Source: Octopus vulgaris (taxonomy: Eukaryota). From it: a stretch of DNA of 64,000 nt. The stretch is taken from the NCBI GenBank assembly GCA_951406725.2, contig OX597815.1, positions 72,044,001-72,108,000 of the forward strand. The letters are read 5' to 3'. A program made the position numbers and the translations under genes. The notes below the pieces were generated by a model that ran no database searches, had not been told where the DNA came from, and saw only the letters and a list, made by a program, of their open reading frames with translations. The stretch's first letter is position 1. The number at the start of each line of letters is the position of its first letter. This document shows, piece by piece, positions 51,074-64,000 of the stretch.

Positions 51074-51413
51074 CGCGTATGTGTGTGTGTGTGTGTGTAC
51101 TGCTGTGTACGTGTGCGCGCCTCGGTGCACGCACCTGTCCTTCGTGTGTGTGTGTGTCTGTCTGTTTGTCGGTGTGACTACGTGTGTATGAGTTTGTGTG
51201 ACTGTATGTGTGTGTGTTCCTATCTGTGTATGATCCTATGTGTGTGTTCCTCTGTGTGTGTGTGTGCGTGTGTGCGTGCGTGTGTGTGTGTGTGTGTGTG
51301 CCTGCCCGCGCGCGCGCGTGTGTGTGTGTATGTGTGTATATATGTCTGTGCCTGTGTGTTCGCTGTTGTAACCTATAGTTTTATAGGCATCGTTGTCGGT
51401 CGTTGAACAACAG
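49822..51413 (+). repeat. Tandem duplication of ~800-bp (GT)n-rich unit
   Basis: Unique anchor aaacatggattgttgtggtggtgatgaaaatctg...gacatcaaatag at ~49861 and ~50667; both units end gtcggtcgttgaacaacag. Confidence 0.9.
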
Positions 51414-51695
51414 CCGCGTCGTTTTGTGTTCAATAATTACGATAACAGGCATAATTAAGCGAAAATAAATAGCTGCGCATGCAATAGTAATGATGATGAT
51501 GATGATGGAGAAGAATTGTTTCATTATAATCGAATACCATTTGAACGGCAACTTTTTCAAAATGAGTTTCTATGACCTGTTAATAGTGCAAAGGTGTGTT
51601 GTCACCAGACTAGAATTATTATACAGCACTGCTGCCTCCACGCCACCACCAACACTGTCATAATCATCATCATAATTATCATCATCATGTCGTCG

Positions 51696-51736
<41 letters not shown>

Positions 51737-52838
51737 GTCATCATCACCAGCATCACCTCTAACTCCAGTTGCTATCATCATCACCACAACCAACATCACC
51801 ATCACCACTAACTACTACCGTCGACCATCATTGCCACTTCTACACATCCACCTTCACCGCAACTACCATCATCACCACCACCAGCCTCAGTGTTGTTTGA
51901 TCAGTTTCGTAGATATAGCAGCTAAATTTCCCTAAAATTGTACTGGAAAGAGAAGGCATGCAATGGATCTCTGATCATAGGTCTGCTCTTTTACTGTTGA
52001 CTTGGGGGCAAAACAACAATAAAGCCTCTACATGGTCACTGCCTGTTAGAAATAGCAGTCAAATCTGTCTCTCGTCATCAAACATGAAGGCTACATTCAC
52101 CAATGCAGTATGAAAAAATAGATGAGATGGTCACGGCTGGAACATCTCTGGTCATTCGTCTAAGTCACTAGCCCTTCTTTTTGCCGCCCCCGGATCCCAC
52201 ACAAAAAAAAAAACATATTGCCTACAGCAGACCCAAAACTGCCACCCGGGACGAACTGCCCCTACTGCCCCCTCCCCGTTACGCTAGTGGTCTAAGCTTA
52301 CTCTTTCAGAAATAGCGTTGGCATTAAATAACAACCACAATCTTCGCAACATCACCATAAGCATGCCATCACCATCGTCGAGATCATTTGTGTGGTGGAC
52401 GAAGCTGAAAGGATTGAAGAAAGATACTTTCCTTTCCGGGGAAATTCTCACCGTCTTTTTTAAGTTTCAGGTGTGTGCATGGTTATGGGTTCGGTCCCAC
52501 TGCATGGCACCTTGAGCAAGAGTCTTTCTACAATAGCCTCGGTTCGACCATAGCTTTGTTAATGGATTTGGTAGACGGAAACTGAAAGAAGACCGTCGTG
52601 TTATATATATATATATATATATATATAAATCTCTACACAATTTTTCTCTCGCCGCATTTTTTTTCGTTCTCTTTCCATGATTTTCCCTCTCAATCCTTTC
52701 TGTCAAAGAGCGTAGGCTTGAGGCTCGAAACGTCAAATACTTTACCATTCTTTCCCAGTGTCAGACTAAAACACCAGCTAGTTGTTCCATCACCTTTCTT
52801 CGTCTTTTTGTTTTCAGTAAATTTGAACTACACACACA

Positions 52839-52913
<75 letters not shown>

Positions 52914-53013
52914 TTTTTTACGTTCCTAGAGCACCCGCGAATAGTGAAAAACCGTGAATATTGGATGTGGTCCATAAAAATACCTATAAATGTAAAAATA
53001 TAACGCAAAATAT

Positions 53014-53074
<61 letters not shown>

Positions 53075-53106
53075 AAAGAATGGAGTTGAACGACGATTTA
53101 ACAAAA

Positions 53107-53204
53107 TTCCTTTATTATCGACATATGTTTCGAAGACTGCATATTCCTAATTCCGAAGGAATAAAGGTGCATTATGCTGCCTTCTCATCAGGAAAGACAA
53201 GGAA
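53107..53204 (-). ncRNA. Type I hammerhead ribozyme (left arm)
   Basis: Minus: TTCCTTGTCTTTC-CTGATGA-GAAGGCAGCATA...TATGCAGTCTTC-GAAA-C-ATAT-G-TC-GATAATAAAGGAA. Confidence 0.85.
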
Positions 53205-53327
53205 CTTATGTCAGCATCATGACGAACAAAAACTTTTAGATGATTGCCCACACGGAGTCCATTATCACTATGGACTCCGTGTGGGCAGTCATCTAAAAGT
53301 TTTTGTTCGTCATGATGCTGGCATAAG

Positions 53328-53426
53328 TTCCTTGTCTTTCCTGATGAGAAGGCGGCATAATGCACCCTTTATTCCTTCGGAATTAGGAATATGCAGTCTT
53401 CGAAACATATGTCGAGAATAAAGGAA
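53328..53426 (+). ncRNA. Type I hammerhead ribozyme (right arm)
   Basis: TTCCTTGTCTTTC-CTGATGA(53341)-GAAGGCGGCATA...TATGCAGTCTTC-GAAA(53402)-C-ATAT-G-TC(53413)-GAGAATAAAGGAA; stem II GAAGGC/GTCTTC, palindromic CATATG stem III. Confidence 0.88.
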
Positions 53427-53611
53427 TTTTGTTAAATCGTCGTTCAACTCCATTCTTTCATTTATTTATAGTAAAAAAACACACAAATTTCCACACGAAA
53501 GCACGTGATCTCTGCCCTTGGCATGTAGCTTCAACCGTGTTTTCTGACGTGAATTTGCTACCCGGGTATCGGTTAACCGAATTATCCATACTAGGATAAT
53601 TCATTCAACTA

Positions 53612-53784
<173 letters not shown>

Positions 53785-53859
53785 TATAATATTTAATGAT
53801 AATTTAATAGAAAATGAAGTAAAATGTACTGTTACTCACCAATAATGAATGATATTGAA

Positions 53860-55050
53860 TTAAGACGATGATGATGAAAATAAGGAAGGTAATGACTGCA
53901 TACCAGAGAAGATTTAAACCGCTTCAGGTGATGCCTCTTCTTCAGGTGTCTTAGGGGATGTCGTATCTTCGTGCAAGGCTTTCTTGGTGGGCTTGAGGAA
54001 CATTGTGTTTGGAAGTTGCTGTCGTTGTTTCTTCATGGTGGTGAGGTGAGTTTTATATATTTGCATGGCAGCATCGATGGTATTTTTCAATTGGAGAGAC
54101 CAAACCATATAGGAATCCCATAATTCTGCCTTCCCTTGTAAATTCCTTTGCTGACAGGCACGTTGCGATCGTGAAGTTACGTCAGTACTCCTTTATCTTG
54201 AAATTCTCGTCCGAATCCATTGCGTCCACAAGGTGTCGAAGAGAATTCTGAGTGTACACGCCTTGATCCATAGGCTGGATGAGGGAGGTGGTGTTGCCAG
54301 GGAGGAACTCGACTTGGACTCACTCGTGATTCAAATACAAAAAGTAACCACCATCATTATCCATAACAAGCAACACCTTGAAGTCCATGCATACGTTTTG
54401 GAGGTATTCCTTGGTTTGAAGGATGAAGCATTAGTGGATCCAATTCAAAGGTAGACTTTTGGTAATCCAGGCTTTGGGGTTGTGCATCCAGTGAACAGGC
54501 AGTAGGTTTTTATTCGTATTCTTGAAGGCCCTCGGGTTCGCGGACTTATAGATAAGTCCTGGTTTCATCATGAAGCCAGCAGCATTACCACTTAATTAGT
54601 ATCACTCTGTCCTTCTGTGCCTTAAATCCTGGGGCTCTGGCTTCGTCCTCCATGACGTATGTTCAGGAAAGCAGCTTCTAGAAGAAGCCAGTCTCGTCTA
54701 TATTGAAGACCTGTTCCGGCTTGTATCGCTTGTCCTGAAGGTCTTGAGGTACTTCTCGGTGGCTTCTTTGTCGGCTGATGTTGTCTCTCCATGCAGGAAA
54801 ACACTTTATTTTAAACCGTTTCTAGCAACGGTCAAAATATCTCTTGCTGGTTTGAAAATCTTCGGGCTCCGGTGTTGTCAATGGTCTTGGCTGTGGTTCT
54901 TCGGTGCCTTCTGCTCCGTCTCCTCTGCTGGTTATAATTTCCGCACTTTCTCTAGTTGGAGTTTCTCCTGTATCAGGAGGACTCTATCATTCATGTTATC
55001 ACATACTTTGAGTACTATGTATACTGATATCTCATTTCAATGTCTTTTTC
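53860..55050 (-). mobile_element. Degenerate pogo/Tigger-like transposase remnant
   Basis: Minus-strand fragments QVFNIDETGFF (~54680-54713), CGNAAGFMMKPGLIYKSANPRAFKN..LPVHWMHNPKAWIT, EFLPGNTTSLIQPMDQGV (~54258-54310). Confidence 0.85.
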
Positions 55051-55144
55051 ATTTGCCTCTCCATCCTTTATGTAAATCCCCATACAAACTGTTGTCAGTC
55101 TTTGTGATGACCCCTTATCTATGCCCCTGCGGATAATGAAAGAA

Positions 55145-59523
<4,379 letters not shown>

Positions 59524-60038
59524 AGAAGGCAGTGAGTTGGCAGAATCGATAAAGCGTCGGAAAAAAAAATGCTTGGCTACAGTGCTTCTGGATTTTACGT
59601 TTGAATTCCGTCGAGGTTGACTTTGCTTTTCATCTTTTTGGGGGTCTATAAAATTAAGAGTCAGTCAAGTACTGGGGTCGATGTTATTGATCAGCTCTCC
59701 ACCCACAAGTTGGATCTTGTATTTATTGTTGAAAAGAATCATTATATCATCATAATGACCACCACCACAGCCGCAGCCGGCACCACCACCACCAACACCA
59801 GAGTCACTGTAACTATCACTCCAGTGTCGCATCTTTTATCCAATCGATCATTCTACCTATCATGCATATGTTTAGCAATCAGCTAATCGATATTGCCAAT
59901 TAATCAATTTATCCAACCATCTACCTCTCTCTGTTTCTCCCTCTCTATCAATTCAGTGATTCCATCGATATATCTGTTTAGTTTTCTATCTAAATCTATC
60001 CATTTACTAACATATTTATATCTGCATATATTAGTCAG

Positions 60039-60039
<1 letters not shown>

Positions 60040-60121
<82 letters not shown>

Positions 60122-60126
60122 GTCTA

Positions 60127-60160
<34 letters not shown>

Positions 60161-60452
60161 ATTCTATCTATCTACCTACTTACCAGTTTATCCATCTCTC
60201 TTACCAATCTTTCTACACACCTATCTATTCACCAAACCACCCATCTGCCTTTTTGTGTCTACCCATATTTCTATCTACCCTTCTGTCTGTCTTGCAATGA
60301 ATCCACCCACTTAATCTACCCACTCATCTAACTCCCCTTCCATAAGTACCTACCATGCTACACACACACACACACACACACACGCGCGTACATACACATA
60401 CACATTCACTTACATACACGCGCGCACACACACACACACGTACTCACATACA

Positions 60453-60502
<50 letters not shown>

Positions 60503-60648
60503 AACACGAATACTTACACCTGCATACAAACACACTCACCCACAAACACATACACACATGCACGCACACACACACAAACACTCACACTTACACACAGACA
60601 CACGTACACCGACGCACACACACACAAACGCGCGCACGCATTCACACA

Positions 60649-60690
<42 letters not shown>
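60040..60690 (+). repeat. Compound (TCTA)n/(TCTG)n/(CA)n/(TA)n microsatellite region
   Basis: Direct reading. Confidence 0.85.
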
Positions 60691-60692
<2 letters not shown>

Positions 60693-60909
60693 GCTATCAA
60701 CATTAACTGCAAAGTTGTACATGTTACTTCTAGCAGTCTAATTAATTTCACCGAAAGTAATTAGAGCGAAATCAAACGATACCTTTGAAATGGTGACGGC
60801 GGCGACGGCAGAGCAGCGGCGGCGATTGCAATGTTGTTGTTGTTGGGGGGGGGGGTGTTGCTAGTTGTTACTGTTGCTGCTACTATTGTCAGCGTTGTTG
60901 TTGTTGTTG

Positions 60910-61008
60910 TTTAGCCCCTGGCCATCTCTGATCGAGTATATGATCAAAGGCGAGCTTCGAACGCCTTTGATCATATGTCTGCTCGATCAAAATTGACCGG
61001 GGGCTAAA
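60910..61008. mobile_element. ~100-bp hairpin MITE (internally deleted member of a family also at ~12020, ~20015, ~51960)
   Basis: tttagcccc...tgatcgag..tatgatcaaaggcg / cgcctttgatcata...ctcgatca...ggggctaaa. Confidence 0.65.
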
Positions 61009-61511
61009 AAATAATAACAACAGCATAAACAACCGCATAAACAGCCGTGAAAATGACAGAAGCAACAACAACAACAACAACATGAAGATTATCAACAGAA
61101 ACAATAATAGTAACAACTACAACTCGTGATCAGGTAGTTTTGCAGTTCAAATCCAGTCAAAGTCAACTTTACTTTTTCCATCCTTCGGGGTCGATAAAAT
61201 AAAGTACTAGCCACTGGAGTCGATGGTATCATCTAACCTCTAGCCCTCAAAATTCTTGCCCTTGTGCCTAAATTAGGAATTATAGGGCATTGGTAGAACG
61301 GTTACAGAGTCGGATAAAAAGCTTTGCTGTATTTGTTCCTGCTCGTTACGTTCCGAGTTCAAATCGCGTCGAGGTTGACTTCGTCTTTTACCTCTCTTGA
61401 GTCCACAAAATAAAGTACTGGTCAAATAAGGGAATCAGTCGTATCGCATAAGCCCCTCTCCTTAAATTTCAGGTCTTCTATGTTAGAAAAATTATTATTA
61501 TTATTATTATT

Positions 61512-62063
61512 GAGTGAGAGAGCAGTGCATGCCATCAAAGTGACACTGGGGTAAAATATACGAAGCCCAGTATACCCATCATGACTACCCGTCTGATAAA
61601 GGTACACCAGGCACATGCATCACAACCATATGTGCGCGACATGGTGATCTCATATCAAGATAAACAGCACATGACCTTGCAGGTGGGGCCCAGTTAGAAT
61701 TTTCTTCAGGTTGAGTAGCCCATCCTGCTCAAACGGTCCCTGAATAAGGGTTGCTTTAGGATGTTGAACGAAACACCTATGTTTCCAGAGGTGAACCATT
61801 CAAACTCCAAAGAATCCCTCTCAACACATGGCCATGATGCTCCCCCACTACTTCTGCTCGTGATCAGAGATGCACATATCGTCAGCCACTAAGGGACATG
61901 CTCAACTGGTTAAGGTCAAACAACTGACGAGCAAATCTGTGGTATTGAGCAGAATATTTGCTGTAGCCCATCTTTTATACCAAGACAAAACAATGTACAT
62001 GATAACACTTCCAATCAGTTAAGATCAGAAGCCATGAGAGCCACTGCCTGGTACTGCATCAGG
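61512..62063. mobile_element. 552-bp non-coding interspersed repeat flanked by (ATT)n
   Basis: gagtgagagagcagtgcatgcc...ggtactgcatcagg; (ATT)n on both sides; second highly similar copy begins at 63691. Confidence 0.75.
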
Positions 62064-62089
62064 ATTATTATTATTATTATTATCATCAT

Positions 62090-63365
62090 CCAGTAGACTT
62101 ATTTTTATCACGTGCTGTCACTGCACTACCGAGCGCAGCTCTGTGTGCCTTGGGTATGTGCTGCGGTTTGTTGTGATGCTCTTATTTTCACTGCATTGAA
62201 AGTGTTTTACGCAGGATGTGTGATATCACAAAAAAAAAATTCTTTCTAATCGATGTATCAGTACCAACAGATGATAATGTTTCTCTAACAGAAACGGAGA
62301 AACTTTCAAAATACAATGATCCGGAAACAGAGGCAGTTGTAGTGCCATTTGCTGTATGTTATATATACTTGTAAGCCCTGGTGTTTTTGTTACGTATTTG
62401 TCTGGATTTTTTTTTATCATACTTAATACGCCTGCTATGATAACTGTTTCTGTTTTTAGGCACCACATTCAAGTTACCTGCTTCCAGATCTTTGTATTTT
62501 GAAAGTTTCTCAGTTTCTTTGAGAGAAACATTGTCATCTGTTGGTACATAGATTAGAAAGCATGTTTTTTTTTTGTTGTTGGTGATCTCTGAGAACTATA
62601 TCCGGCATTGGCCTTATTTTCTCCATCTGTGTATTGGCATATCCCAGATTATGGTCGCTTTCTCATTTTCTGTGACCTTTTCTGGGGTGTGCCTGTATCA
62701 TCTTTTTTTCTGTTGTTATTCTATAGTGTTGGCATAGCTTCCAGTGTATATATGTCCCAACTCTCGTGTTTGTGAATATATTCCTTCTTAGCCAGGACTG
62801 GACAGCTAAAGACAATATGATTTATCATTTCTTCTCCAACTCGACATATTCTACAGTTACTTGTATTTCTTTTCATTACATGTTTTTGGTAATTTCTAAT
62901 CTATGTACCAACAGATGACAATGTTTCTCTCAAAGAAACTGAGAAACTTTCAAAATACAAAGATCTGGAAGCAGGTAACTTGAATGTGGTGCCTAAAAAC
63001 AGAAACAGTTATCATAGCAGGCGTATTAAGTATGATAAAAAAAAATCCAGACAAATACGTAACAAAAACACCAGGGCTTACAAGTATATATAACATACAG
63101 CAAATCTTGTGCTGCAATTAAAAATCCACCAGTCTCTATTTTGAGTCCTGAGCTTCTCAACCATTGTTGGGATTTTGCTTTGTCTATTTCTTTTCTGTTT
63201 AGTTTAACCCAAAATTTGTCATGAAGGGGCTTTTCTTGCCATCGTTTTATCATAATCTGTTGCTGTTCCAGTTTTAGTTTGGATTTTAGTTGTTTTACAG
63301 CTTTAGTTGTTTCATATTTTTCTTCATAGTTTCTTCTTTTTTGTATTTGTATTTGTCAGCTTCCA
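62090..63365 (-). mobile_element. 5'-truncated, rearranged second copy of the Dong-like element
   Basis: Shares 3' UTR actaccgagcgcagctctgtgtgccttgggtatgtgc and ORF pieces (IKRWQEKPLH..QQWLRSSGLK) with 55250-56340; follows an (ATT)n tract; internal inverted duplications. Confidence 0.85.
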
Positions 63366-63489
63366 TAGACTAACACATACTTTCTCAGTCCGAACTCCAT
63401 TCTGATATCAGCACTGAAGGTATACACCGTATCAATGAGGAAAGTGACTTGGGCTTCATCTTTACCATAAAGTTTGAGGTCGTCTATGA

Positions 63490-63690
<201 letters not shown>

Positions 63691-64000
63691 GAGTGAGAGA
63701 GCAGTGCATGCCAACAAAGTGACACTGGGGTAAAATATACGAAGCCCAGTATACCCATCATGACTACCCGTCTGATAAGGGTACACTAGGCACATGCATC
63801 ACAACCATATGTGCGCGACATGGTGATCTCATATCAAGATAAACAGCGCATGACCTTGCAATGGGGCCCAGTTAGAATTTTCTTCTGGTCGAGTAACCCA
63901 TCCCGCTCAAAAGGTCCCTAAATAAAGGTTGTTTAAAGATGTTGAGCGAAACACCCATGTTTCCAGAGGTGAATTATCCAAACCCCAAAAGATCCCTCTC
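63691..64000. mobile_element. Second copy of the (ATT)n-associated 552-bp repeat, cut by window end
   Basis: Near-identical to 61512-61821. Confidence 0.8.

Larger units (their letters stand above)
53070..53463. repeat. Near-perfect palindrome (~193-bp arms, 7-nt loop tatcact) carrying two hammerheads
   Basis: aaatgaaagaatggagttgaacgacg...ggagtccat|tatcact|atggactcc...cgtcgttcaactccattctttcattt; about five arm differences seen. Confidence 0.95.

Noticed and set aside
49298-51935. Many long ORFs (CVCV, YLSI, HTHT, poly-S/D)
   Set aside because: Translations of microsatellites; no splice or homology support.
53080-53421. Overlapping 113-aa and 72-aa ORFs on opposite strands with similar peptides
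   Set aside because: By-product of the palindrome; no recognisable domain.
61924-61966. Hammerhead-like CTGACGA followed by GCAAAT/ATTTGC stem
   Set aside because: Stem is followed by TGTAG rather than GAAA; no stem I/III.

Overview
Eukaryotic, AT-rich (TA/CA/ATT/GATA microsatellite-dense) genomic DNA. The SINE families and microsatellite load suggest an octopus/coleoid genome; this is an inference, not checked by search. It holds two spliced housekeeping genes on the + strand: the last 9 coding exons of a cytoplasmic threonyl-tRNA synthetase (2056-11887, 5' part outside the window) and a complete 10-exon NSA2 gene (20451-38389; exons sum to 783 nt = 260 aa + stop). The rest is mostly mobile DNA: a hAT (Buster-like) end, three mariner copies, Tc1- and pogo/Tigger-like remnants, a 5'-truncated RTE LINE with a PHD-like finger, a full-length R4/Dong-type RLE retrotransposon inserted in (TAA)n, a Helentron-associated element, MITEs and many tRNA-derived SINEs. 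The most notable signal is non-coding: intact type I hammerhead ribozymes with palindromic minimal stem III, one in a 594-bp unit with a 125-bp terminal direct repeat inside (TA)n (44239-44957, retrozyme/circRNA-like) and two in a ~394-bp near-perfect palindrome, one per strand (53070-53463). Several degenerate relatives also occur. All coordinates were read by eye; exon boundaries were checked for frame continuity, repeat boundaries are approximate.
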